A stretch of DNA of 57,794 nt from Candidatus Omnitrophota bacterium. GTDB lineage: Bacteria > Omnitrophota > JAUWXU01. The stretch covers positions 1-57,794 of the forward strand of contig JAYELI010000057.1 in NCBI GenBank assembly GCA_034717435.1, written 5' to 3'. The stretch's first letter is position 1. Each line of letters starts with the position of its first letter. The translations under genes were made by a program, and so were the position numbers. Shown in pieces: positions 17,679 to 26,645 of the stretch. The notes under the pieces were generated by a model that worked only from the letters and a program-made list of their open reading frames with translations, was not told the DNA's origin and made no database searches.

Positions 17679-18137
17679 ATGAATGCGGCTTTAAGCACGG
17701 ACATGGTTTTAAAGATTAGATTAAGCCCCGAGGCCAAAGAGAAGGGTTTAGTCCCGCCTTCTTATTCAAGAGAAGGAGATGCCGGCCTGGACTTACGGGC
17801 AGTGGAAACCGCTGATATTGCGCCCAAAGGAAGAAAGGTTATCGGAACCGGCCTGCATCTTGCTATTCCTGCGGGTTTTGTGGGAATTATTAAAGACCGC
17901 AGCGGCCTGGCTTCAAAAGAGGGCATCCATGTTATGGCCGGAGTGGTAGATTCAAATTATAGAGGGGAAGTGAAGGTAGTGGCTTTAAATACTACCGGGG
18001 AAAATTATTGCATTGAGGCAGGACAACGTTTTGCCCAAATGTTGATCTTGCCCGTAGCCCGGGTAAAAATAGAAGAAGGTTCAAGCCTAAACAGCACCAA
18101 CAGGAACGAAAACGGTTGGGGAAGTACTGGACAATAA
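17679..18137 (+). CDS. dut: dUTP diphosphatase
   Basis: AGLDLRA, IKDRSGLA, VDSNYRGE and GWGSTG motifs. The start may instead be ATG 17703. Confidence 0.9.
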   Translation: MNAALSTDMVLKIRLSPEAKEKGLVPPSYSREGDAGLDLRAVETADIAPKGRKVIGTGLHLAIPAGFVGIIKDRSGLASKEGIHVMAGVVDSNYRGEVKVVALNTTGENYCIEAGQRFAQMLILPVARVKIEEGSSLNSTNRNENGWGSTGQ

Positions 18138-20308
18138 TGACTAAGGAGAGAGTAAACGAAGCAATAGGTTTACTACTGATAGCTGTTTCTGTTTTAATTA
18201 GCCTGAGCCTTATTTCCTATAATCCCGGCGATACAAACCTGATTACCTCTTCAACAAATCTCCAGATAAATAATTTCGTAGGAGTAGCCGGAGCCTATTT
18301 GGCTCAAGCCATCTTTTTTTTAATAGGAAAAGGCGCTTATTTAATCCCTTTTTTCATCGCTATCTGGGGGATATTCAAATTAAGGGGTAAAAAAACAGAG
18401 CACTTCTACCTTAAGCTGATCGGCGCTATAATTCTCCTTGTGTCTATTTCGTCAATATTTAGTCTGCAGGGAGTAGATGTTCAACGGATAGCCAATGGCG
18501 GAATTGTTGGTTTTCGGTTTTCAGAATTGAGCATTATTTACTTTGGGATGGTGGGTTCTTATGTAATATTAGCTACGTTATTTATTTTGTCTGTTTTATT
18601 GACTACAGAGCTGCTATTTTTTTCATATTTAATCCGTTTGTTCAAAGGAATATTGGCCAGGGTTATCGAACTGAGAAAAAAATCGATTAAGTACTCTGTA
18701 GCGGTCAGGCCCAAGCCAGTTAGGCCTATTCCGGTCAAGCCCGCATTGGTTAAGCCCGTTCCGGTTAAACCTCGTGTAGAAATTAGGCCTGCGGTAAAAC
18801 CAACTCCTCCCAAACATGGTTTTGAAAAAGCCGGACCAATTCCAGTTGGAGGCGCCGGTCTTAACCAAACAAACGGGTATAAACTGCCTTCTTTGGATCT
18901 CTTGCAATCTCCGCCTCCGGTAAAGGCCAGAAAGTTGATTGATAACTTGAATGCCAATGCCCGGGTTTTAGAAGAGACCTTAAAGGATTTTGGAATAGAA
19001 GTAAAGGTTACTGAAATTAACCGCGGACCAGTAATTACCAGATATGAGGTGTTACCGGCTCCGGGAGTCAAGGTAAATCGAATTATAACGTTAGGTGACG
19101 ACCTTGCTTTGGCTTTAAAGGCTGCAACAGTCCAGATAGTTGCCCCCATCCCGGGGAAGTCAGCAGTAGGGATAGAGGTCCCTAACAGCGCTATGACCCT
19201 GGTTTATTTAAAAGAAATTCTTCAGTCGTCTGAATGGCGAAATTCCTCTTTTAGATTAACCCTGTCTTTAGGAAAAGATGTTGCCGGTCATCCTATTGTT
19301 ACCGATTTGGCTAGTATGCCTCATCTTTTGATTGCCGGGGCAACCGGCAGCGGCAAGACATTGTGTATCAACAACCTGATTATCGGATTATTGTTTAAGT
19401 TTACGCCTGAAGAACTAAAATTCTTAATGATTGATCCCAAGCGGGTAGAGTTGGCTATTTTCAACAATCTTCCCCACCTGCTCTGTCCGGTGATTACAGA
19501 ACCCAATAAGGTAGTTGGAGCCTTAAATTGGGTGGTTGAAGAGATGGAATCCCGCTACAAACTTTTTGCCAGATTAGGGGTCAGGAACATAGAAGCTTAT
19601 AACGACAAATTGACAGCGGGGAAATTAAAATTAGAAGAGGAGGAGCTCAAGCGCTTACCTTATTTTATCATTGTTATTGATGAGTTGGCCGATCTTATGG
19701 TGGTTGCTCCGGATAAAATAGAAAATTCCATTACCAGATTAGCCCAGCTTTCCCGGGCAGTGGGTATTCATATCATCCTGGCTACCCAGCGGCCGTCAGT
19801 CGATGTAATTACCGGGGTGATCAAAGCTAATTTTCCTGCCCGGATATCATTCAAAGTAGCGTCCAAGGTAGATTCCCGAACAGTCTTAGATGCCAATGGC
19901 GCTGATAAGCTTTTGGGCAAAGGAGACCTTTTATTCTTAAGACCGGGCAGCTTCAAGCCTATTCGCGGCCAGGGAACCTTGATCTCTGACCAAGAAATAG
20001 AAAAAGTGATCAATTTTGTCAAATTGCAGGCCGGCCCCCGGTATAATCAAGAAATTTTGGCCCAGCAGCAAAAGAAGGACAGCCAGGGATATTTTGAAGA
20101 AGATGAGTTGTTTGAAGAAGCGGTAAAAATGGTATTAACCACAGGCCAGGCCTCTGTATCTATGCTTCAGCGCAGGATGCGCCTTGGTTACACCCGGGCG
20201 GCAAGAATGATAGATGCAATGGAGGAAAAGGGAGTGGTAGGGCCCTATAGAGGTCCAAGGCCAAGAGAGATATTGGTCGAGGACTACAAAGAAGAAGCAA
20301 CCCCTTAA
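18137..20308 (+). CDS. ftsK: DNA translocase FtsK
   Basis: TAATG overlap with the dut stop. N-terminal TM segments, Pro/Lys-rich linker, Walker A GATGSGKT, DELADLM, gamma wHTH SVSMLQRRMRLGYTRAARMID. Confidence 0.9.
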   Translation: MTKERVNEAIGLLLIAVSVLISLSLISYNPGDTNLITSSTNLQINNFVGVAGAYLAQAIFFLIGKGAYLIPFFIAIWGIFKLRGKKTEHFYLKLIGAIILLVSISSIFSLQGVDVQRIANGGIVGFRFSELSIIYFGMVGSYVILATLFILSVLLTTELLFFSYLIRLFKGILARVIELRKKSIKYSVAVRPKPVRPIPVKPALVKPVPVKPRVEIRPAVKPTPPKHGFEKAGPIPVGGAGLNQTNGYKLPSLDLLQSPPPVKARKLIDNLNANARVLEETLKDFGIEVKVTEINRGPVITRYEVLPAPGVKVNRIITLGDDLALALKAATVQIVAPIPGKSAVGIEVPNSAMTLVYLKEILQSSEWRNSSFRLTLSLGKDVAGHPIVTDLASMPHLLIAGATGSGKTLCINNLIIGLLFKFTPEELKFLMIDPKRVELAIFNNLPHLLCPVITEPNKVVGALNWVVEEMESRYKLFARLGVRNIEAYNDKLTAGKLKLEEEELKRLPYFIIVIDELADLMVVAPDKIENSITRLAQLSRAVGIHIILATQRPSVDVITGVIKANFPARISFKVASKVDSRTVLDANGADKLLGKGDLLFLRPGSFKPIRGQGTLISDQEIEKVINFVKLQAGPRYNQEILAQQQKKDSQGYFEEDELFEEAVKMVLTTGQASVSMLQRRMRLGYTRAARMIDAMEEKGVVGPYRGPRPREILVEDYKEEATP

Positions 20309-20468
20309 ACTGTTAAATGGCTAAATTGTTAAATTGTTATAAAGATCCAAAAATATTTTATTACAGATTGTTGTGAAAAAGTTATGTTTCAAAATTTAGA
20401 AGACAAATCTCCAGTTTATCAATTTAACAGTTTAGCAATTTAACCATTTAGCAATATAGCAATATATT
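20306..20468. repeat. TAAAYTGY word-array element with conserved internal core
   Basis: Left-arm words start on the ftsK stop codon. Same core as 17598-17628. The right arm has seven words ending gcaatata gcaatata ttATG. Confidence 0.8.
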
Positions 20469-21236
20469 ATGGAATCGATAGGTAAGTACTTAAAAAAAGC
20501 CCGTCAGAAAAAAGGCGTATCTCTTTTAGAGGCAGCAAACCAGACCAGGATTCATCATAGCGTGCTGGAGAACATGGAGTCTGGTAATTTTGAAAACCTT
20601 CCGAGCCCGATGTATGTTAAAGGTTTTTTAAAAAGATATGCCGAGTATTTAGGCGTAGAAAGCACTCCGTTAATTGATAAATACTTATCTACCCATCCCA
20701 AAGATCCTCAGCAGATCTTAACTCTAAAAGGCGAGAAGATTTCACCGGATTTTTTAACTAAATTTGCTGTTCCTGCCATGATAGCCGGTGTATTGATAGT
20801 TATTTTCCTGATCGCATTTTCTATTATTAAGCTCTTGCCTTTGCACAGGCCGGATGCGCCCCCTGTTAAGGCGGCAACTGCAGAAATAGAAACTAAAGAA
20901 CCAAGCCCGGTGGCTGTGGTTAGCCAGAAAAAAAATATAATTTCCAAACCAGGGCCTCTAACCTTACAGGCTATTGCTAAAGATGATCTTTGGTTAGAGG
21001 TCAGATGCGACGGAAACTTGCTTTTTCAAGGAATGTTGGCCAAGGGCAGTGTAGAGACCTGGAAAGCTGACACTAAATTCAGGCTGTCGATCGGTAATGC
21101 CGGAGCGCTTAGCTTAAGCCTGAATGATGAACCACTGGGGATACTGGGAGAAAACGGCCAAGTTTTAAAAGAAGTTATTCTGACCAAAGAGGCAGTAGAG
21201 ATAAATCCTAAATCCGAAGCACTAAATCCTAAATAA
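20469..21236 (+). CDS. rodZ: RodZ-like cytoskeleton protein (XRE-type HTH, TM, DUF4115-like C-terminus)
   Basis: N-terminal HTH (LKKARQKKGVSLLEAANQTRI), a single TM segment, and a C-terminal beta-rich domain (WLEVRCDG...). Confidence 0.7.
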   Translation: MESIGKYLKKARQKKGVSLLEAANQTRIHHSVLENMESGNFENLPSPMYVKGFLKRYAEYLGVESTPLIDKYLSTHPKDPQQILTLKGEKISPDFLTKFAVPAMIAGVLIVIFLIAFSIIKLLPLHRPDAPPVKAATAEIETKEPSPVAVVSQKKNIISKPGPLTLQAIAKDDLWLEVRCDGNLLFQGMLAKGSVETWKADTKFRLSIGNAGALSLSLNDEPLGILGENGQVLKEVILTKEAVEINPKSEALNPK

Positions 21237-21245
21237 ATTCAAATT

Positions 21246-21330
21246 AAGTCATAAGTTTTAAAGTCATAAGTCATAAGTCGTAAATTCTCGAGTTTAAAAC
21301 TTATGACTTATGACTTTTAATTGGTTTTTT
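21246..21330 (+). terminator. GTCATAA word-array hairpin, probable rho-independent terminator of rodZ
   Basis: Perfect 19-bp stem 21260-21278 / 21299-21317, with an inner taaa/ttta extension around ctcgag. T6 tract at 21325-21330. Confidence 0.55.
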
Positions 21331-21343
21331 AATCTCTTTAGTT

Positions 21344-22681
21344 ATGATTAAAATAGGTATGATAAGCTTAGGTTGTCCCCGTAACCTGATTGATTCGGAG
21401 ATAATGCTTGGCCTGTTAGAAAAGGCAGGTTATAAGATAAGCGAAGACATTAAGTTTTCAGACGTAGCTATAGTGAATACTTGCGCCTTTATAGATGACG
21501 CGAAAAAAGAATCTGTTGATATTATTTTGGAGTTGATCCAACTGAAAAAGGATGGTAATATCAAGGCCTTGGTAGTTGCTGGTTGTTTTTCGCAGAGATA
21601 TGGCCGTAAGTTGTCCGATGAACTAAAAGAAGTAGATGTTTTTATCGGGACCGCTGATTACCCTAAAATTGTAAGTATAGTTAAAAAAACCTTAAATAAT
21701 CAGAAAGTTTTCGAAGTAAATAAGCCGAATTTTATTTATAGCCATTCTACGCCGAGATTCTTTGTCACTCCGAAACATTTCTCCTATCTTAAGATATCCG
21801 AAGGTTGCGGCAACCGTTGTAGTTTTTGTATAATCCGCAGGATTCGCGGTAGATACCGCTCGAGGCCAATCGAGTCCATTCTAAAAGAGGCTAAAGGGTT
21901 ATCTAAAAGAGGGGCTAAAGAAATTAATCTGATCGGCCAAGATACTACTTTTTACGGGAAAGACATCTATAATAAACTTAAATTAGCAGATTTACTTAAA
22001 CAGCTGGCCGAAGAAAACATTGTTCCCTGGATCAGACTGCTTTATACTTACCCCGGTCATTTTACGGATCAACTGATAGAGGTAATTGCTCAGTACTCTA
22101 ACATCTGTAAATATATAGACTTGCCTCTTCAGCATATTAATGACAGAATCTTAAGCAGGATGAAAAGATCTGTTAGTAAAAAGCAAATTTTGACTTTAAT
22201 AGATAAACTAAGGAAAGCCATGCCTGATTTAGCCCTGCGCACCACATTTATAGTCGGTTTTCCTGGAGAAACTGCCAAGGAATTTAACGAACTGCTGGAT
22301 TTTATGAAGCAAATAAGATTTGAAAGACTGGGGATTTTTATCTATTCCAGGGAAGAGGGTACCCCGGCTTTTAGTTTTCCGGATCAGATCCCCCAATATA
22401 TCAAGAGGCAGCGTTTTGATAAAGCGATGAGCTTGCAGCAAGATATTTCCAGAAAGATTAACCAGGGTTTTCTGGGCAAGAAAATAGATGTTTTGATTGA
22501 TCAAATGGATAGCACTGATCCTGGTTTGGCTATCGGCCGTTCTAAGGACGATGCGCCGGAGGTAGATGGCCGGGTTTTTGTAAAGATAAAACAAAAAAAG
22601 ATCAAACCGGGAGACCTTTTGAAAGTTAAAATAACAGATACTTACGAATACGATTTAGTAGGCGAGATAACCGCGAATTAA
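21344..22681 (+). CDS. rimO: Ribosomal protein S12 methylthiotransferase
   Basis: SLGCPRN, radical-SAM CGNRCSFCIIR, C-terminal TRAM domain. Confidence 0.9.
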   Translation: MIKIGMISLGCPRNLIDSEIMLGLLEKAGYKISEDIKFSDVAIVNTCAFIDDAKKESVDIILELIQLKKDGNIKALVVAGCFSQRYGRKLSDELKEVDVFIGTADYPKIVSIVKKTLNNQKVFEVNKPNFIYSHSTPRFFVTPKHFSYLKISEGCGNRCSFCIIRRIRGRYRSRPIESILKEAKGLSKRGAKEINLIGQDTTFYGKDIYNKLKLADLLKQLAEENIVPWIRLLYTYPGHFTDQLIEVIAQYSNICKYIDLPLQHINDRILSRMKRSVSKKQILTLIDKLRKAMPDLALRTTFIVGFPGETAKEFNELLDFMKQIRFERLGIFIYSREEGTPAFSFPDQIPQYIKRQRFDKAMSLQQDISRKINQGFLGKKIDVLIDQMDSTDPGLAIGRSKDDAPEVDGRVFVKIKQKKIKPGDLLKVKITDTYEYDLVGEITAN

Positions 22682-22683
22682 CC

Positions 22684-23271
22684 ATGAATTTACCCAATAA
22701 ACTAACCATCTCAAGAATAATTCTTACGTTTGTTTTTATGTTTTTTTTATTCTCCAGTTGGTGGCCGGGTAAGTACCTGGCCCTGCTGATTTTTATTATT
22801 GCCTGCCTGACAGATTATTATGACGGGTATATTGCCAAGCAAAAAAATATGATTACCAATTTTGGAAGGCTGGCTGATCCAATAGCAGATAAGATATTAG
22901 TACTTGCCGCATTTTTGGCTTTTGTCGAACTCAAAATCCTGCCGGCCTGGATGGTGGTCCTGATCATTCTGCGGGAGCTCATCATTACCGGGGTGAGATT
23001 ATTGGCGTTTTCCAGAGGAAAAGTGCTGCCGGCTAAAAAGGAAGGTAAGCATAAGACCGTTTCCCAGATGCTGGCTATATTCTCTATTCTGGTCTTTTTG
23101 GCTTTTAGAGAGACATTGAGCAGGTTTTTTGGGCTTTGGAATATATCCTTTGAGATTATGTTCAGGCGGACTGTATTTATTTTAATGTTGGTTACCGTAG
23201 CTCTTACTCTTAGTTCCGGACTTTTATATTTATGGCGAAATAAGGGGATATTAAGTGCGAACTTTGATTAA
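22684..23271 (+). CDS. pgsA: CDP-diacylglycerol--glycerol-3-phosphate 3-phosphatidyltransferase
   Basis: CDP-alcohol phosphatidyltransferase motif DYYDGYIAK...GRLADPIADK. Confidence 0.9.
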   Translation: MNLPNKLTISRIILTFVFMFFLFSSWWPGKYLALLIFIIACLTDYYDGYIAKQKNMITNFGRLADPIADKILVLAAFLAFVELKILPAWMVVLIILRELIITGVRLLAFSRGKVLPAKKEGKHKTVSQMLAIFSILVFLAFRETLSRFFGLWNISFEIMFRRTVFILMLVTVALTLSSGLLYLWRNKGILSANFD

Positions 23272-23704
23272 ATTAGTAGCCTCGGTTTTTTTTATCGGGT
23301 ATGTACCGTTTATTCCCGGAACTGCTGCATCTTTGGCCGGAGTAGGGTTATATTTATTGATAAAAAACAGCCAGATTGTCTATTTCATAGTAACCCTGGT
23401 TGTAATCTGCTTGGGTTTTTTGACCGCTGGCTGGGCTGAGCGTTTATTTGCTAAAAAAGACGCAAGCCAAATAGTGATTGATGAGGTAGCCGGCTTACTG
23501 GTTGCTTTCTGGTTTGTAGCATATGAACCGGTATATTTAACAGCAGGGTTTGTAATCTATCGGCTGTTCGATTGGTTAAAACCCTATCCCTTAAGAAGAT
23601 TAGAAAAAATAGGAGGAAGCTCGGGGATAATGTTAGATGACATTGGAGCCGGAATATATACCAACATTATTCTCCAGATAGCGATATACTTCTTTATTAA
23701 ATGA
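23255..23704 (+). CDS. pgpA: Phosphatidylglycerophosphatase A
   Basis: GTG start. PGTAASL, DEVAG and DWLKPYP motifs. Follows pgsA. Confidence 0.8.
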   Translation: MRTLIKLVASVFFIGYVPFIPGTAASLAGVGLYLLIKNSQIVYFIVTLVVICLGFLTAGWAERLFAKKDASQIVIDEVAGLLVAFWFVAYEPVYLTAGFVIYRLFDWLKPYPLRRLEKIGGSSGIMLDDIGAGIYTNIILQIAIYFFIK

Positions 23705-24471
23705 AGGCTAAAATATATTTTTTTATAATTCTTTCATTGCTTGCGGTTATAGGATGCAGCGCAGGCGGATCCAAAGCCGACTTTTATGTATCCAAGGTAA
23801 TCGATGGGGATACGATCGAGCTATCTAACGGCAAGACTGTCCGCTATATCGGAATAGATACCCCTGAACTCAGGGAAAGAAAAGGCAGTATTTGGGTATA
23901 TAAACCCGAAGAATATGGTCTCCAGGCAGAAGAAGCCAACAAAAAATTGGTGGAAGGCAAGAAGGTAACACTTGAATTTGATATAGTTAAAACCGATAAA
24001 TACGGCAGGTGGCTGGCCTATGTATTTGTAGACAATAAGATGGTTAATCAGGAATTGCTGCGTTTGGGTTATGCCGTGCTTTATACCTACCCGCCTAACG
24101 TAAAGTATGTCGAAAAATTAGTGGCTGCTCAACAGGAAGCGCGGCAGAAAAAAAGAGGATTCTGGAAAAGCTACGAGATTATCACTCACCAGGAGGCCGC
24201 CGGGCACATCGGAGAATTTTATACTGTTCGGGGACGAGTAACAAGCACCTTTGCTTCTAAAAAGGTAGTGTTTTTAAATTTCGGGCGGGACTGGCACGAG
24301 GATTTTACGGTAGCGATCTTTAAATCTAACCTGGGGCTGTTTGAAGATAAGGCGATAGACCCGGTTGTTTTTTATAAGAATAAGCAGATAGAGGTAACCG
24401 GTAAAATAAAATTTTATAACGGGCCGGAGATAATCATCAATCACCCTTCCCAGATAAAGGTAATAAACTGA
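23701..24471 (+). CDS. Exported thermonuclease (SNase)-like nuclease with C-terminal OB-like domain
   Basis: Lipobox-like AVIGC, DGDTIEL..VRYIGIDTPE, and a YGRWLAYV SNase core. Confidence 0.8.
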   Translation: MKAKIYFFIILSLLAVIGCSAGGSKADFYVSKVIDGDTIELSNGKTVRYIGIDTPELRERKGSIWVYKPEEYGLQAEEANKKLVEGKKVTLEFDIVKTDKYGRWLAYVFVDNKMVNQELLRLGYAVLYTYPPNVKYVEKLVAAQQEARQKKRGFWKSYEIITHQEAAGHIGEFYTVRGRVTSTFASKKVVFLNFGRDWHEDFTVAIFKSNLGLFEDKAIDPVVFYKNKQIEVTGKIKFYNGPEIIINHPSQIKVIN

Positions 24472-24857
24472 TGAGCCGGTCTAAAAGATTTTTAAAGTTC
24501 TGGGTTCCGTTGCTGGTTTATATGGCATTGATGTGGTTTCTTTCCTCAAGGCCGGCCAGGTCCCTGCCTTTAATGTTGTTTCCTTTCGCGGATAAAGTAT
24601 TTCATTTTCTGGAATATTTTGTCTTTGGGTTTCTCCTGGCCCGGGTGATCCAGACAGCGCAGCCAAAAACAAGGCCTAAATTGTTTATCTTTGTAATAGT
24701 GTCTGCCCTGATCTGGGGCGCTATCGATGAACTGCACCAGGCCTCTGTTCCATTACGCGACCCCAGCGTTTTTGACTTATTAACCGATTGCTTCGGAGCA
24801 GGCATCGGCCAGCTTTTGATAAAAAGGGGTCAGTCCTCGAAAATCGAAAAAGCTTGA
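24471..24857 (+). CDS. VanZ-family membrane protein
   Basis: Four TM segments with DK.FHF..YF.FG and DE.HQ motifs. Confidence 0.7.
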   Translation: MSRSKRFLKFWVPLLVYMALMWFLSSRPARSLPLMLFPFADKVFHFLEYFVFGFLLARVIQTAQPKTRPKLFIFVIVSALIWGAIDELHQASVPLRDPSVFDLLTDCFGAGIGQLLIKRGQSSKIEKA

Positions 24858-24882
24858 CATTCAAATATTGAAGGCATAAAAT
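24854..24882 (+). promoter_or_regulatory. Sigma70-like promoter candidate: TTGACA - 17 nt - TAAAAT
   Basis: Consensus -35 at 24854-24859 and -10 at 24877-24882. The -10 ends 6 nt before ATG 24889, so the transcript may be leaderless. Confidence 0.4.
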
Positions 24883-24888
24883 AAAGGT

Positions 24889-25836
24889 ATGGCAAGACCA
24901 TACAGATTACAAACAGAAGATTGTTTTTATCATATAACCAGCAGGGGGGATAACAAGAAGAAGATTTATGTTAGTGAATATGACTATAAAAAATTTCTAG
25001 AGTATATACTGAACGCAAAGGCGAGATTTAAATTTTATATCTATGCATACGTTTTAATGCCCAACCACTATCATTTTCTAATAAAAACTCTTCATGCAAA
25101 TTTATCAAAACTAATGCATTACATAAACGGGTCATACACAACTTACTACAATGTGAAGCGTAAAAAGTCGGGACATTTATTTCAGGGCAGGTATAAGTCA
25201 ATAGTTGTGGATACAGACAGTTATTTTTCAATATTGAGCCGGTATATTCATTTGAATCCAGTATTGGCAAAGCTTGTAAAGTTTCCGGAAGAGTACAAGT
25301 GGTCGAGTTGTAATGCTTACATCAAAAAGGAAAAAGATGAAATTATAGATAAAGGAGAAATAAATAGGGTTTTAGGAATGTCGGCCAGGCAGTATCGTCA
25401 ATTCATGATGGAAGGTTTGGGAAAAAAGGAAAATCCATTTAAAGATTTGTATGGAGGATTTATTTTGGGAGGCACAAAATTTATTCAAGATAAGTTAAAT
25501 GAGTTAAGAGAGCAAGTGGAGGGTGGGGAATTTTCTCATCAGAAAGACCTTAAAAGGTATATATCCATAAAAAGCATAGATGATTTAATGGAAAGAGAAT
25601 ATGGAAAAAGAATTAAGGAAATGCGCGCCAAAAGGACCTGGACTATGAGGAAGAAGAGAATAGCAATATATTTAATGAGAAAATTTGCGGGATTGGATAA
25701 TAAGGAAATCGGTGGAGTTTTTAGGATGAATTCTTCGGCAGTAAGTAAGGCGGCAATGAGTATTGAGAAAGGCATGAATGAAAGTAGCCAGTTGAGGAAA
25801 GAAATGAAGAAACTATTTTCGATTTTCGAGGGCTGA
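24889..25836 (+). CDS. IS200/RAYT-like HUH tyrosine (Y1) transposase fused to a DnaA domain-IV-like HTH
   Basis: YHITSRG, HUH motif PNHYHFLI, GHLFQGRYKS, YIHLNPV. The C-terminal IAIYLMRKFAGLDNKEIGGVFRMNSSAVSKA resembles the DnaA C-terminal HTH. Confidence 0.8.
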   Translation: MARPYRLQTEDCFYHITSRGDNKKKIYVSEYDYKKFLEYILNAKARFKFYIYAYVLMPNHYHFLIKTLHANLSKLMHYINGSYTTYYNVKRKKSGHLFQGRYKSIVVDTDSYFSILSRYIHLNPVLAKLVKFPEEYKWSSCNAYIKKEKDEIIDKGEINRVLGMSARQYRQFMMEGLGKKENPFKDLYGGFILGGTKFIQDKLNELREQVEGGEFSHQKDLKRYISIKSIDDLMEREYGKRIKEMRAKRTWTMRKKRIAIYLMRKFAGLDNKEIGGVFRMNSSAVSKAAMSIEKGMNESSQLRKEMKKLFSIFEG

Positions 25837-25874
25837 CCCCTTATGTTGGAGGATAGAGCCAGAGGAGGTGGGTT

Positions 25875-26039
25875 GTGGATAAGTTTTCGATGAAGGTGGG
25901 TGTTCACAAAACTCCAAAGAACCCCAATGTTTTTATTTTTACTATTGCTACTCCGACGTTGAGATCCCAATTTAAACTTCCAAGAAAGGTAGTCAACGAG
26001 TTAAGGATTTTAATTGAAAAAGTTCTTACAAGCAAATAG
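25875..26039 (+). CDS. Unannotated small ORF (54 codons from GTG 25875, or 49 from ATG 25890), hypothetical
   Basis: Below the ORF-track cutoff. SD agaggagg at 25861-25868. Translation VDKFSMKVGVHKTPKNPNVFIFTIATPTLRSQFKLPRKVVNELRILIEKVLTSK. The stop TAG is inside the terminator stem. Confidence 0.4.
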   Translation: MDKFSMKVGVHKTPKNPNVFIFTIATPTLRSQFKLPRKVVNELRILIEKVLTSK

Positions 26040-26084
26040 CCCAGAACTGGTTCTGGGCTATTTAGCGGCGGGGAAGTCCCCGCC
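26037..26084. terminator. Two adjacent hairpins between convergent genes, probably a bidirectional terminator
   Basis: tagcccagaac / gttctgggcta (26037-26047 / 26050-26060) followed by TTT. GC-rich ggcgggg aagt ccccgcc (26067-26084) lies 3 nt from the thpR stop. Confidence 0.6.
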
Positions 26085-26087
26085 CAA

Positions 26088-26645
26088 TCAGGATAACGCT
26101 GTTTGATAGAGAGGAGTGTAGATCGAACCGGTTGGGGTTAGGGTGCTTTGGATCAGGTTAAGGTGGGTGACCTTTATTCTGCTCTGGCTTTTGAATGTGG
26201 TTGAGGATAGAAGAACAGAAAGTTTATCTCTGTTTTTGGGAGAACGCAAGCGTCCCAGGGTGAGGTGGGGGTGAAAAGGACGCTTTTCTTTTGCAAACCC
26301 GATTTTTGCCAGTTCACACTCTATTTTTTTAGCTAAATCCAGAGTATTTTGGCTGCCCTGCTTGAGGCCGGTCCAAATAACCCTGGGAAAGCTGGGGTTG
26401 GGAAAGGCACTCAGGTCCTCCATGGACATTTCAAAAGAATTTTCAGTTTTTGCTACCCGATCTAAGATGTTTTGGATTTCTTTTAACCGGGATTGATCAA
26501 TATTTCCCAGGAACTTGAGCGTAAGATGGACATCCTGCGGCTTAACCCATTTTACATCTGCCTGAGAAGACCTTAATGTGTCAATTATTTGGCTGAGCTC
26601 TGACTTGACGTCCCGGGGGATCTCTATTGCTATGAAAGCGCGCAT
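26088..26645 (-). CDS. thpR: RNA 2',3'-cyclic phosphodiesterase (2H / LigT family)
   Basis: Two HxTx motifs: HLTLKF and HLTLGR. Confidence 0.85.
   Translation of the reverse strand: MRAFIAIEIPRDVKSELSQIIDTLRSSQADVKWVKPQDVHLTLKFLGNIDQSRLKEIQNILDRVAKTENSFEMSMEDLSAFPNPSFPRVIWTGLKQGSQNTLDLAKKIECELAKIGFAKEKRPFHPHLTLGRLRSPKNRDKLSVLLSSTTFKSQSRIKVTHLNLIQSTLTPTGSIYTPLYQTALS

Noticed and set aside
18559-19149. 196-aa minus-strand ORF, and a 92-aa one at 18629-18907, inside ftsK
   Set aside because: They lie antisense to the Pro/Lys-rich FtsK linker, whose repetitive CCN/AAR codons keep the opposite strand open. The translation is low-complexity Gly/Thr/Leu with no SD. The same reasoning applies to the other antisense ORFs in the track, for example 213-647, 13370-13861, 22229-22594, 25539-25970, 43638-43937, 45739-46155 and 45936-46301.
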